A stretch of 64,000 nt of DNA from the NCBI GenBank assembly GCA_030704615.1, contig CM060731.1, forward strand, positions 2,604,001-2,668,000, read 5' to 3'. This document shows positions 38,750-51,930 of this stretch, piece by piece. Source of the stretch: Takakia lepidozioides. Lineage: Eukaryota; Plantae; Bryophyta. Below the pieces are notes generated by a model that saw nothing but the letters and a program-made list of their open reading frames with translations, ran no database searches and had not been told where the DNA came from. Position numbers and translations under genes: made by a program. Positions within the stretch are counted from its first letter, which is position 1; each line of letters begins with the position of its first letter.

Positions 38750-40270
38750 AAATGCGAATGCGGCGCCGCATTTCCGTTAAGTACCATCACGAAGCTACAC
38801 ATCCGTACTTGTTGGAAGAAAATGCGGCACCGCATTTCCGTTCCACCTTCACATACCTTATTGTTGAACGGAAATACGGTGCCGCATTTCCGTCCACAGC
38901 TCCATGTATGAGATTCAAAAGGGAAATACGGCGCCCCCGCATTTCCGTTCTGGAATGTCGAAAGGTGCGATTCGGACGGGAATGAGGCACAAAATTTCAG
39001 TTCCCGGGTTCATGATTTTCAATGTGAACGGAATGCGGTATACGCATTTCCGTTCCCCCTTCACATACGTTAGTTGATGAACGGAAATGCCGTGCCACAT
39101 TTCCGTTCGGGAAAGTATATAGAGGTCTCACCTGGACAGGAAATGCGGTGCCGCCATTTCCGGTCTGGAAAGTTTGAAGGTCTCACATGGATGGAAATGC
39201 GGCAACACATTTCCGTAGCACAGCTCCAGGCCCCATATACAAACGGAAATGCGGCGCCGCATTTCCGTTCTAGAATGTCGGAAGGTGCGACTCGGACGAA
39301 AATGCGGTGCCACATTTCTGTTCCCGTTGCGCACGATTTTCAGTCAGAACGGAAATGCGGTACCCGCATTCCGTTCTGTAGAGTATTAACTTGCTGACGC
39401 TGGCGGAAATGCTGTACCGCATTTTCGTTCCACAGCTCCATGCCTCACATACAAAACGGAATGCGGCGCCGCATTTCCGTTTTGGAATGTCGGAGCGACG
39501 GTGCGACCCGACGGAAATGCGGGTACCGCATTTCAGTTCCGATGTGTTCAGGATATTCATCAGAACGGAAATGCGGGCCGCATTTCGTTCTGGAATGTTG
39601 GGAGATGCGACTCGGATGGAAATGCGCGCCGATTTCAGTTCCGATGGTTGACGATTTTCAGTCAGAACGGAAATGCGGGGGTACCGCATTTCCGTTCTGG
39701 ATAGTATGAATGTCAAGCGGTCGGAATTGCGCGTATGAAGCTGTCGAATCGCACTCGGCTCCATGCATTCAGATACAAAATGGAAATGCTGGCGCCGAAT
39801 TTCCGTTCTGGCAAGTCGGAAAGTGCGACTCCGACAGAAATGCGGGTGCAGCGCATTTCGTTCCTTGTTGGTGTCAAAATTCTCAATCAGAACGGAAACA
39901 AAGGTACCGCATTTCCGTTCCACCTTCACAGCAGCATTTCTATCCCTCAGGCCATGCATCAGAACAAAATGGAAATGCGGCCCGCCGAATTTCCGTTCTT
40001 GGAATGTCGGAAAAAGTGCGACGCGGACGGAATGCGGTGCCGCATTTCTGTTCCCGTTGTTCATAATTCAATCAGAACGGAAACGCGGTAGGTGGGGTAC
40101 CGCATTCCGTTCCACTTCAATACCGTGCTTGCTGGATGGAAAGGCGTTTACCGCATTTCCGTTCTGGAGAGTATAAAGGTTTCCCCGGACGGAAACTCGG
40201 TGCGGCATTTCCGTCGCTCTGGTGAATGACCAAGAAGCAAAACGGAAAATGCGGCGCCGTATTTCCGTCC
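38750..40270. repeat. Dense family-B palindrome array between the divergent ParB-MTase and transposase genes
   Basis: Roughly 30 copies of (ACG)GAAATGCGG-NN-CCGCATTTC(CGT), spaced ~40-60 bp apart. Confidence 0.92.
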
Positions 40271-40699
40271 ACCAGCAATCGAAGAATCACTTGGGACGGG
40301 AAATCTGGAACCTGAATGGGTTGCATTGTTCCGAAACAACATTGCGGCCAGTCTTGATGAGCACAACTGGTTGTCTGACCGTTTTAACTAACAGTCCTGG
40401 CACTTGTCAGTGCGAACGTTCCTGTATGCACGAGAATACTGGATCCCCCTCAGGAGAAACTGGTCAGGAGATGTTAGGATGTTTGGATTTCGTCGCCGAA
40501 TCGGCCATCATTGTCATCTACTGGCTATGGAATCAACCTCCACCTTCATGATTTGTAGCTTGAAAACAATACTTCCACTTCAATGTGCGACTTCCAATCG
40601 TCGATGGACTCCGCAGATCCATTAGATGGTGCTGTGAGCCTTGGTATGTCGGCTATATTACTGAACCTCGCAAAATGCCCAACTCCGTGGCGGTGTCGA

Positions 40700-43600
40700 G
40701 GGCTACGAATTACTACGCTATAGTGTTGCTGTCCTCCGCAACTGGGACGAGAGCCTGGATCCCAAACGAGGGAGGACTTTGCAGAGTGACTGAAAACTTA
40801 CCTTTGTTCCAAATTCAAGCTCAAACGGGCACAAGTTTGTTAGTTGGAAGAAGAAAGAAGGATGTTCCTGGACAGGTTGACGAGACACTTGTCGTGCTAG
40901 GTTAACGACGGAGGTTGAGGAATCGAATGCACGTTTCCCCCGTCAGACACCATCCTGTACCGAGCTGTGGGAATGCCCATTTCCCTTTCCGAATCAGTCG
41001 CTGCCACACCATCCACAAAGGAGTCCGGAAACCGAGAGGCGGCCACTGCCAACAGAGAGGTATGCAACGATAATCATTTCCCGACTAGACCGTCAAGACC
41101 CTCCATAGGCTATGTGTGGACGTATTCGACATTTCCGACGGAGGAAGATGATTGCACTTGAGGTACCATGTCTCCACACGTGTCGTTCAAACCGGCATGG
41201 ACGTTTCTGTAGGTGCTACGCATGGTCCCTCGAGCATCATTAACTCCAACCCGGTCCATTGTGCAGCTCCTACGACAACATCACCTCGATGGTTCTCGCT
41301 CGAGCTGGTTGCTCTCGACTATGCCAAATTCCCAGTCAGAAAGGTAACGTTTCTGCCTCCCCGAAGTCGATGGCATGTCATCTTCGAGTTTCCACCTGTT
41401 CTTTGTCAAACAAAGCCTCCGGGATGTTAACAGACAGGGATCGAAAGCATGACGGAATACCCCTGGTGTGTGGCGAAGACCAGTAGCACGAAAATTGCTG
41501 ATGGTGTTCGTGTACGATATGTCCTCTGTGCGGGGAAGATGAGGTGCCTCAATCCCACCGCTTCCACTTCTCTCCAAAGGAGGCGGAGAGGAACGGAGAA
41601 GAAAGAGAACGACGGATTGGACTGGCACAACGCATATCCATTCAGTGTCTCCAGCCAAGCTCCTGCGGGTTCTTTCAAGTGTGCACATGGCAAAGAACCC
41701 CCGACGTGCATGTCCATGTGCAGAGCCAAACAAAATTACGTAATCCATTGCTCCCGGACTGACTAGAAGCTTCGCATACACGTGGGGGTCCACTGCCACC
41801 CCTGTGGCGAGAGGCAACATGCGTGAGGCTGTGCAGGAAGCACACGACATCATAAAAGAGGAGGGAAATTGAGCCCCGGAGCCAGACCAAAGCAGATTCA
41901 GATGACTGAAGGCAGCCCACAAGATGCTCTTGGCAAAATCATGTCTGAAGATGTTCCGACCGAGTGAGCCTTGACCGAAGACGCGATGCGTGACCTCTTG
42001 GGTCCGTCCTCGCAAGTTTGTAGTCCAAATGTGCGGAATCACATCGTATCTTGCAAGCAGGAGTTTCGGCAGGGGGTCGGACAGTATTCAATCCTGGGAG
42101 GGTGAAACGAATGACTGGATATGACTACATCCAAGGTAGCGGTTTCCAGGGCAACGGCCAGCGAATCTGATCGTTGTTACATTTTCAAAATGTCGGCGTG
42201 TGGGCCTGGGAGTGGAGTCGACTTGGTCACTCGCATGACAAAAAACTGGAAACTGTCGAATGCTTGGGTGATGTTTGATCACATCAAGAGAATGACAAAC
42301 CATCAGTGGGTGACCATGGGTGCGCAATGTTTATGACTATCACTCCAGAGGCTCGTGACGTGCAATCTGCGAGATGAAAGGGGGAGGACACACAGTCCGA
42401 GATGCATTTGTGGGAGGGCATATAAAACAAGCAGGATGGCAAGGGCGGGATTGCCAGAGCCCAATTTCAGGAGGGGATTCATGGAAGACAACGCTCAGGC
42501 CAACGGGGGCAGCGGTGCGGCGTGTGTACGGGTGAGGACCCCAATGTTCCAATGGAGGGGAAAGAGAGATCCTGTGGATTCCATTGGATGCAGGAGAGTC
42601 TATCCCACTACACTACCAAATTTGTTGCTAGCTCCTTCCAGGCTGAACACCGTGTCCCTTGTACGGCGTGGTTGGAAGGATGCACCCACATTTGATGACC
42701 GGAGGTAAAGTTTGCTATCATCGAGGCTTGGTGGAACACGTCTGGTGCAGTGGAGACAAAACAATTTGGGAGCATTGCACAGCTGTGGTGGTGGGTGGTG
42801 GCATTTTCGTTATCGACAGTTCAGACAGACATGCCGGGAAGGGGGGGAAGTAGGCTGCTGTAATTTTCGTTCATTTGTCTTTCTGTTACAGACTTTCGAT
42901 GGTCCCTACCATTGTTTGTGGCCTTTCTAGAGCGGTGCTTGGATTCCGACACGGGACATTGCCGAACACGGAATATGGCAGAATCGGTCTACTCATCCTG
43001 GCGAGCGTCTTCTGCCGCACATCTGAGTGGGACCGTTCGTGACGGCCACAACGGAGGACATCGACAGAGAAATCATGCAGCAACACGACTACAAGTCCCT
43101 GAGCGGCAAACAATGGGGGTTTGGGCCGGACCGGCAAGGGAGGAATGTTGGTACAACGAACAGCGTCGGGGTCCAAGAATCCACTGAAATGGGCGACAGC
43201 ATTGCGAGGAGAAGATCAAAGGGACGCCTATGCCCGCGAGGTGACACCTAGAGGGGGACCGTCCGGAATCGGCCCTGTCAGGGCGGAGGATTGAGAGGAA
43301 CCCGGGTGCGAAGAGGAGAGGATTACTCGAGATCGCACGACAGGAACATTCGGGACAGCAGCATCCAGAGGGATGGTCCTCCATTTGTCATGGTTACGCA
43401 CAATGTGTCTTCCAGAAGTGGAAAAGCACAAGACAAGAATTCAGATCGCCGGTGCTTCAACCGGGGAAATCGTGCAAAAATTCCCACCGCTCCCTTGCCC
43501 CAGATTCCGCCCGCTGTTATGCAGTATGGCCAAGCCATTGTGGAGACGACTGTGTCTGCATCACAGTGGAGAATTGCTCGCACAAAGCCGTCGTTTCGAG

Positions 43601-44387
43601 GAAGGTGTTCCGCAATTCGTGTGGATACACGGCAACGTTGTTTAGAGATGATAAGGAGGAATCCAGATGGGGCTGTCCCTGCTCCTACTTTTACAGGAAG
43701 ATTTGTCCATGCAAAGTTTGCGGAGGCGACAACCACCCAGTTCTGGTTCTGCAGGCACGACATTATGACTTGCGTGTATGGAAAGCCCAAGTACGGCATA
43801 CAAACAATGCCAGAGGCTCCCCCCGTGTGGCCGGTGGAACCAGGCTGCGATCTGAGTCAGGTTGAGGCCGACGCCCTTACCGCCGCAGGATTTCGGATGG
43901 TGCAGCGCACTGACGTAGACAACCATTTCCGCTTCCACAGCCTCCACCACCGACCCCTGTGAGAGCAAGAACAATGGGACACGACAGCTCTAAGCATCCT
44001 ACACACCGTTGGGGAAACCGAAGAGGCGGCGACCTCCCTCAAAAGTGAACGAGACAAGGATGGGGAATGCACTTCGGATGAACTGTACAATCCAGAGCTC
44101 GACAGAAGTGCCCCCACCAGGATTCGGGCGTGTGTATCAGATGGCCACCGGGCTCAGCTGTTCGCAATGAGGTGTACACCATCACCATTTCAGAATTACC
44201 CACCTGCAATTGCACCGACTTCCAGATCATGGCGCAAGGGGCATCATACTGCCCTTGCAAGCATTTGTACTACGTGTACCTAAAGAGACTCCGTTGTAAT
44301 TCCACAACTCATCACTTCATACATGCACCAGGGTTGAGCCCCCAGGAGGTTCACACTCTTCTGAATATGGATCCAGGGGACCAGTGA
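40700..44387 (+). pseudogene. MULE transposase, copy B2
   Basis: Homologous to 29501-33103, heavily frameshifted. Confidence 0.8.
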
Positions 44388-45237
44388 GCTTGGCTTGCGG
44401 TCCCCATACAATGGTACGCCCATCCTTTTCGGATAGTAGAACTGTACTGCTGCCAGTACCTCAGACTCTGGCCACAGAAAGGTCCGACATATGTCTTGCC
44501 TACCAGTAACCTGTTTTGCTCGAACTAAGATATTACTATATCGTTCACTTGTTTCCACGTGCATGTATTTTTGTATGTTGGAGGGTTCATGTTTTTCTGC
44601 TTTCCGAAAACTTGCTTTCCTCATTCGACCTCCGACAAGGAAATGCGGCGCCGCATTTCCAAGTATCGTCGTAGGTACTGGTAGAGGCGGCCTTCGCCAA
44701 CACCAAACCGCTCCGAAATTTCGCACGTGCGAACCCTAATGCGGCACCCTATTTCCCAGTTCAGTTGCAAACCTTTCCCGCCGAATACCCGAAGAAGACA
44801 GAATTGTGAAGTACTGCAGACTGTATTGGTGCAGACTCCATTGGTTCAATCGCGGCAAAAGGGTCAGCTTCATTCCAATGTTAAGGCATGTAAAACCGCG
44901 GAATACTCTATACAGGCCAGTATGCGACGTCCTTTTGCAGTGGTATACTGGATTTCCCGTTGCACGGTCACTTATTTCCATGAGCGGATCTAAAAAACCA
45001 TGAGCGGACTTGTTACTGACGACATATCTTCGCCGCATTACATGATCTGGAACGTCCAAAAACGGAAGGTCAAATAAAAAACTATTATTTTAATACTTGT
45101 TTAATCTGCCGCATTTCCAAATTTGGAGGAGTCCGCTCATGAAATCCGCGTATCTTAGACTTCGGCTCACCGCTCATGCGGCTCATGCGGCTCATGGCTC
45201 ATGGCTCATGGTTTCTGCTCATGAAATAGTAAACCTC

Positions 45238-48036
45238 AACCTCACTTGGGACATGGGGATGGGTTTTCCCCTTGTGAGTGTTGAGGAGGGCTCATCTTCT
45301 TGTAGTTGAGCCTCCATGAGCCTCTCCCACCTCCATAGCTCTAGGTATTGAGAGGGAGTGTGGTGAGGGCTTTGTAGGGTGGATTCCTTTAGCAAAGGTG
45401 CCCTTGGCTTGACTTAGTTTATGTGATTGAGTGGATTCATGAGTGGAGTGTTTCCATTGTGTGTTCACTTTCATTATCACTACAAGAAGATCACCTTATG
45501 CTTGTGAGTGCGGAGTGTAAGGATTAGTTTTAGCACTTGTGTTGGTGTACACCAAGGAGTGAGAGAGCTAGGAAAGCTCAAGTATCTCACAAGGCTTGCA
45601 AGGTGCTGCAAGGAGGAGTGTTTTTGCATTGCATCAAAGAGGTGGAGAGCTCAAGGAGAGAGCTCTTGAGTTACAAGACTTTGCAGAGGTGGAGAGCTTA
45701 AGGAGAGAGCTCTTGTATCACAAAGCTTGCATGGTTTTGCAAGGTAAGTGCTTGCACTAAGGGTTTGAGAGCTTGGAAAAAAGCTCTTGCATCACAAGAA
45801 AAGCGTCTTGTGTGTGGAGAAGATAAACACTAGGGTTTCAAGAGCAAGCTCTAGTACTTGTTCATGGTGTGAAAGAGAAGCCAAAGAGCGGCACATGCTT
45901 GGGTTGGAAACACCATAGAAGGAGTACAACAAGGGTAGCTTGAGGAGCATTGAGTAGCTCAAGAGAAGCTAAGAAGTGGTTGTTCTATCCATGGTGAAAT
46001 GAAGCCAAGTGGGGTTTCATTTGGTTGACAAACAAGCAAGCGAAGGCGCTAGAAGGGAGTGCTTTTGCTAGTTCTATGAGTTCTTTGGATTGCTCTTGGT
46101 GAAGCAAGTGATTGACCAAGCAAGTGGCGCATGTGTGGAGCATGCTTTCCAAGTGTGGCTTCCAATTCAAGCTTGAGGAGAGCTAGAAGGTGAAGTGAGC
46201 AAGTTCATTCCTTGTGTATGAGGTGGTGTGTGTTGTGGAAGGAAAGCCAAGGAGCTACATAGGCTAGGGCTTGAAGACAACAAAAGCAACCACTTGGAGA
46301 GCATCAAGAAGCTCAAGATGACTCCAAAGGAAGCATGTGGGTGAGAATTCTATCCATGATGATGTGAAACCAAGCCTAGAGTATTGAAGAGCTTGGAGCA
46401 CATGTGGGAGATCATTGGAGGTGGTCTTCATGAAGAAAAGAGATTGTGGCTCACGGCATGCATAGCAACTTCAACCATACATTAGCATGTGACAAGACAA
46501 GGAAGGGGAAGGTGAAGCTCATGTATTCATTCCCTTTTTGCTTAAGTTTTGTGGTGGATGGTTGATCAAGCAAGTGATGCTTATGTGGAGCATGCTCTTT
46601 AGGGCTTGTGACTTCAAGTTTGAGAAGATGAGCTCTTGAATAGAGGTGTGGATACACATTATGATGAATGAAGAAACACCTAGGTCAAGAGGTGGAAGTG
46701 TGTGTGACTAGCCCATGCAAGGGAAAGCACATGGAAGATGGCATACAAATTCAAATTCAAGCAAGGCTTGGCGCTTGTCATTGGGCACATTAGCTTGCTA
46801 TGAGTTCCAAGGAGATCAAGAGGAACTTGTCAATTTGGGATGAATGCATTGCAAAGTAAGATAATGCAATCTTGCATGCATGTTAGGGGGGAAGATACCA
46901 TGAAGAAGGTGTTTCTTACTATACTCTACAAACCCTAGTCTCCATACTCTTCAAGAAACTGTGTATGGGCTCCCTCTGCCCATCATACACTTTTGTGAAC
47001 AGAGTATGGAACCCCTCTGCCCAACATACTTTTTTGTGAACAGTATGGAACATACGTTTTGTGAACAGTGTATGGGCTCCCTCTGCCCCACCATACACTT
47101 TTGAACAGGTATGGATACAAGTGGAGAGACTTTGCCTACCATACGTTTTCATTAAAAGTGTATGACATCTAGGGTGTATCTGGAGGAGTATTGCCTTTGG
47201 AGGATCTTTGGGGGGTCCTTTGAGGAGCTTTTGTAAGACACTTGAAGAGCTCTTGAAGGGGTGTTTGGAGGACTATTGGGGGTCCTTGAAGACCAATATT
47301 TGGCAAACATTTGGAGCTTTGGAGGGCTATTTGGAGGACTATTTTGGGGTCCTTGGAGGCTAATATTTGGCAGCTTAAGGAGTCTTTGGCAACTTGTCTG
47401 AAGGACTTTTTGGGGTCCTTGAGGGCCAAGATTTGGCAGGCTTTGGGGGCCTTAGTGAGATTGTTTGAGAGACATCTTGAGGGCTCTTGGAGAGTTATTG
47501 AGAGACCCTGGAAGGTAGTTATGTCTGTTGGTCATGAGCAAGAGCGTTTAGAGATAGGGGGAGACTAGTGGGATGAGAGCATTCTGGGATTAGGAATTGC
47601 TTTAGTCTCTCTTCCTCGTAGTCTTCCACCCTCTATGTAGGCCAAAACCTTTCCGTAGGTGGAGGCAAGAGTCAGTCCGGGTTTGGGCTGGGGTGTCCTT
47701 GCAGGAGCGACACTGTGGAGTGTTTTTTTTGGTGTGGGGGAGTTACTGTCTTGATTTTCTTGTGTTTGGATCCCCCCCACACCTGCATGCTTGACTGTGC
47801 GCCATGTCAGTTTTGTGTGGGCGCTTGTTTTCATAGGAGGTTGGTCCGGATTTGATCACCGGCCAATCCTAGAGCATGCTGTCGGTGGTGAGGCTGGGGT
47901 GATGACCAGTCAGACCATCATTGTTTCTCTTATGGTGAGGCTGGGTTGATGACCAGCAGACCATATGAGTGCTTGCGGTGGATGCAGGTGCAGGTTTATG
48001 TTACGAACCTAGTAGTCTAAGCCATAAGCCGCAACA
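45238..48036 (+). mobile_element. Main part of the 5' LTR of the DNMT-Gypsy element, with internal short tandem repeats (~46940-47500)
   Basis: Similar to 4348-7155, ends in CA, and is directly followed by gag. Confidence 0.7.
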
Positions 48037-48099
48037 GGTTCTCTACCCGGTTACCTTGTGGAAAGGGGGATTAGAGACAGTTTACAACAGGTGTGGTTG

Positions 48100-50650
48100 T
48101 GAGTTTTCATCACGGAGGTGCCACCAGTTGCTGAGGAGAGTGCCGGTACGAGCACCAGCGATACTAGTGGGTATACAAGACGAGGTGTGCGGTTTAGGCC
48201 ACCTTCACCTTCAGTGTCTTCTGAGGAAGGTTCAGACTCAGAGTTAGGAGGATTCTCGCCGAGGGTGCAAGCCATTTCCGTGCCATTGTTGTGGGATACG
48301 ATGGAGGAAATGTATGGAGCTACCAAGGGGCCACGTCGGTACTCTGGAGCTGTGGGCACCATCGAGCTTGATGATTTCATACAAGTTTGATAGTTGGTGT
48401 GATTTGCAGCAGATGCAATCCACAACTGTTTACGCCTTTTGGCGTGGAAGGGGCTGTTTCAGCACCTTGAGGGGCCGCCCATGGATGACTACCATGAGTT
48501 TAGGCGGGGACATGAGGTGGATTGAGGAATGGCGGGTGTATTGGTCACCTGACTATGTCTCCATCACTAGAGGCACAAGGGCAGTGGTGACACCGGCAGC
48601 TACACCGGCAGCTTCTGCAAGCAGCAGTGGGACGTCAAGTGGAACAGGAGCTGGGAAGTCCACCCAAGCTCCTGCTGCAGCACCAACACCTGCCTGCCTT
48701 TAACCCAGTTGTGGAGTTCTTCGAGGAGTTGAGGAGAAACTACCAAGGGATAAGGACAGAGAAGTTGCGGAGTTTGCAAGAGTTCCAACGAAGGTCTACT
48801 GAGAGTTTGAGGGAGGCTTACACGCATGAGGCGCTTGATAAACGTAACCCAAGGGGTTACAGAAGCTCAAGCAGTCCAGTTCTGGTATGGGATCCTGGAC
48901 AAGGCTGAGGAGAAGGGTGCGGATGCAACTCTCCTACAAGTGGACCAACCCACCTTAGCAAATGTGTTTTTGCTGGCAGAGCGGATAGAGCTCAATATGG
49001 TGGAGGAGCGAGTGGTCATGGTGGGGTTTGGTAAGGACACAACGAAGTGGGGCTCCTAGCCAACAACAACCACTACCCCCAACGTGCTCAAGGCAACAAG
49101 GGGGCTCAGGCGAAGCCCAGGGAAGGGCCGAGAGGATCTCAATTGCAGAGGTCACTTCCTTCATTCTCAGGCCAACAACAGTCGGGTGTGACATGTTGGG
49201 ATTGTGGAGGACCCCATGTTAAGAGAGATTGCCCGGAAGAGGCAAAGGGCCGGCACAGGCACAGCCTACACAACTACAATGTGGGCATTGTGGCAAGTAT
49301 GGGCATGAAGAGGCCCATTGTTATGACTTGCATCCTGAGCTACGGCCAGGCCAGTTCCAAGGGAACAATGGTGGCCGAGGACGAGGCAATGTAGTCCAAG
49401 AGGTAGAGGAGGCAGAGGTCCGTAACCAAAACCAAGGAGCACAGGGTCAAGGTCAAGGTCATGACCAAGGCATGGTGGATAGACTTGCCCAGCTAGAGCA
49501 ACGTCTTGCTGCCATGGCCACTACTCATGTTGCGCCAGCTCCAAGGCTTGAGGTTCAAGCCCCACCTGCACAACCTCCTATGCCTAGGGAAGACCAGATT
49601 GGTATGGGCTTCATGTGTGGAGCCGCACTTGCAGGACCATTGCATGTGGACTCTGCAGCTGCTGTCACTCGAGCAGCAACGCGTGCTCCTGAGCCAAGAG
49701 GAGCGGATGTGGATTTTGATCCACAAAGAGGGGAAGCAAGTCGGCAGACAAGGCTTCCACAGTCTTTCACATTGGCTGAGACAGTGCCAACTATGCCATC
49801 GATGGCACCCGCTCGCCCAAGTGTGTCAGAGTAGAGCCACGAGTGTCATTGGGGAGAGTTGGTATGGCTCGGAAATGCCAGTGGGTGGTGCAAAGCAAGG
49901 TGCAGCCAGTACATTGTTGGGGGCGGCTACGGCAATTTGCCAAGCTCCATTGTTTTCTGCCACGACAATTGCAATGCCGGGGATGCGGCCAGCTGCAGTG
50001 TTTAGACTGGCAGCTGACTCTGTGAGAGTGGTGATGCATCGGCACTATCTGCGGGATAGCGGATCAGGTGGTGCATGGATGCCTTGGATTCAAGGGTGAA
50101 AACAGCCACAGCTGCGCCATGGCAAGCGGCAGCTGCAAGGTTGCAGGAGTTGCCAGCTAGACCAGCCATTGAGCGTAGTATGGTGACTCCTGGGTAGTCC
50201 TGGTGGACAATCAGGATGGTGTGTTTCAGTTGGGTGGCCCAGCCGGGAGGAGGTATAGGCCACTGCGGGTCTTGTTGGACTCGGAGCACAGCCATTGATG
50301 TTGGGGAGAGCAGCAATTGCAGGCTTGGGCCTTACAGAGGCGGATTTGGAGCCTTGTCCTTTCCAAATTCAAACATCTTTGGGCGGTTTAGAGAAGGCAC
50401 GAGGGATTACACGCCATGAGCTCTTCATTCGATTGCAGCCAGATCATCCTACAGATGGCTCTGTCATGAGAGCTAAAGCCATTGTTACGGACGCGATGTC
50501 TTATGATGTGCTTGTTGGTGGGCTGTGTTATACCCGATGGGCTTTACTTTGGACTTTTGGGAGGAAACGGCATCCTACAGGCCGGAATGGCAGTCAGGGG
50601 ATGGTCGACGTGCACTGCTCCCAGTGCGGTTTATTGGGAATGTAGCGGTG
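48100..50650 (+). pseudogene. gag (two Zn knuckles) and aspartic protease
   Basis: CWDCGGPHVKRDC and CGHCGKYGHEEAHC; VLLDS at ~50270; YDVLVG. Frameshifted. Confidence 0.75.
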
Positions 50651-50984
50651 GATCATAGGAACATGATGCCCACATTGGCTGCATTCTCAGGGGTGGTGGC
50701 TTGGGGTGGTGAGCTCTTGGAGGGCAATAGCCATGCAGATGATAGGCCACCACCTGATGAGGACAAACAATTGGCATACAAGGCTGATTTGCTTCCTCAT
50801 GTGTCTGTTCATATTCCACTGTGGGGTACAGTTGGAATTTGCATCGAGTAGCAGGCGAGTGTGTGCACCAAGCATGGCAGGAGGCCTATCCATTGGTGAG
50901 TGAGGGGAGTTCAGTGACATCACCTGGACCTCCTCAGTTAGCTCCTTTGGATACAGTGCCCATTACCTGGCAACCACCTGACTC

Positions 50985-51930
50985 AGGGATTTGTTTGCTA
51001 GACCTGTTTGGAGGCATGAGCACTGGGCTTGCAGGAGTGTTGCAAGCTGGGATTAAAGTACGCAAGTACTTGTATGTGGAGAAGGATGAGATAGCTCGGC
51101 GTATTTCTATGCGCCACATCGCCTTGCTCACACACCGGTATCCTGAGTTTGCCTCTCTCAGCAATTCAAGGGTATCAAAAGGCCTTGCCAGCAGACATTA
51201 CCTTGCTGGGGGCGGATGATTTGGACCGGCATGGTGCCATTGACTTGGTGATAGCTGGATGGCCTTGCCAAGGACACTCTCCCGCAGGTCATGGGAACGG
51301 CTTGCATGATGCACGATCGCATTTGTTTTGGGAATGTTGAGAGTGTTGCGTGACTTGCAGACGAGGCAAGTGCAACCTCTAGCCTATATCTTGGAGAATG
51401 TTCCTCTTATGGGGGACTCTCGGGCCAGGTTATGGCCAGTGTGCATCAGGTGCGGTCTTGGATTGGATCGGCGGTGCTATTGGATGCAGCAGCGGTGGGA
51501 TCACGAGCGCATCGACCTCGATTGTGGTGGACCAATCTTGCACCACCAGAGCTGCTCAAGAGAGCATACGATTCCATTCAACGGCCACCCAATCTCACAG
51601 TTGAGGGCATTTTGGACCAAGGGAGGCAACCACAGAGGGTGCGACATGATGACCGTCCACCTCTAGCAGTGGTAAATCGAGTGGGCAGCCACGTGCGGCC
51701 TTGCCTACGCTCATGAGCTTTCCCTCGTCTCATGCTTTTTGAGACAATGGTCCTGGGTTGATTTGGGACAGTGTGCTACAGCAATTGGTGGAGCCCAATG
51801 CAGATGAGCGAGAGCGGGCAATGGGATTTGCCACGGGCACTACAGCTGTGCCAGCTCTGTCAGAGGCATCACGCGACATGTGTTGGGTCAAGCAATGGAT
51901 CTAAATTGCTTGACATGGGTCATTGGCTTG
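50985..51930 (+). pseudogene. DNMT3-like C5-cytosine methyltransferase domain inside pol
   Basis: LLDLFGG (I), YVEKD (II), IDLVIAGWPCQGHS (IV), YILENV (VI), AHRPRLWWTNL (VIII), ERERAMGF (IX) and VLGQAMD (X). Confidence 0.9.

Larger units (their letters stand above)
22417..45237. mobile_element. Mutator-like element family B (ParB-MTase carrier) with internal partial duplication
   Basis: Perfect 9-bp TSD AACCTCACT at 22408-22416 and 45238-45246. TIRs GGGGGCTGCTATTTCATGAGC / GAGGTTTACTATTTCATGAGC with CATGAGC subrepeats. An extra right TIR ends at 33952. Confidence 0.92.
33953..45237. repeat. Second, left-truncated copy of element B
   Basis: Sequence after the TIR at 33952 restarts at the equivalent of 25767 (CATTGAGGCACC). 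It keeps a ~3-kb block (~37475-40460) absent from copy 1 and has many indels. Confidence 0.9.

Noticed and set aside
38750-40270. CRISPR-like or protein-coding reading of the dense array (ORFs with repeated KCGAAF/EMRRRIS)
   Set aside because: The peptides are translations of the palindrome in all frames, and the spacers are themselves semi-repetitive.
35000-43500. Biological meaning for the very high frameshift density
   Set aside because: Scattered 1-bp indels with few substitutions look like uncorrected long-read error and cannot be interpreted without the reads.
45478-45490. CACTACAAGAAG resembling a CACTA terminus
   Set aside because: It has no subterminal repeats or partner end and lies within LTR sequence.
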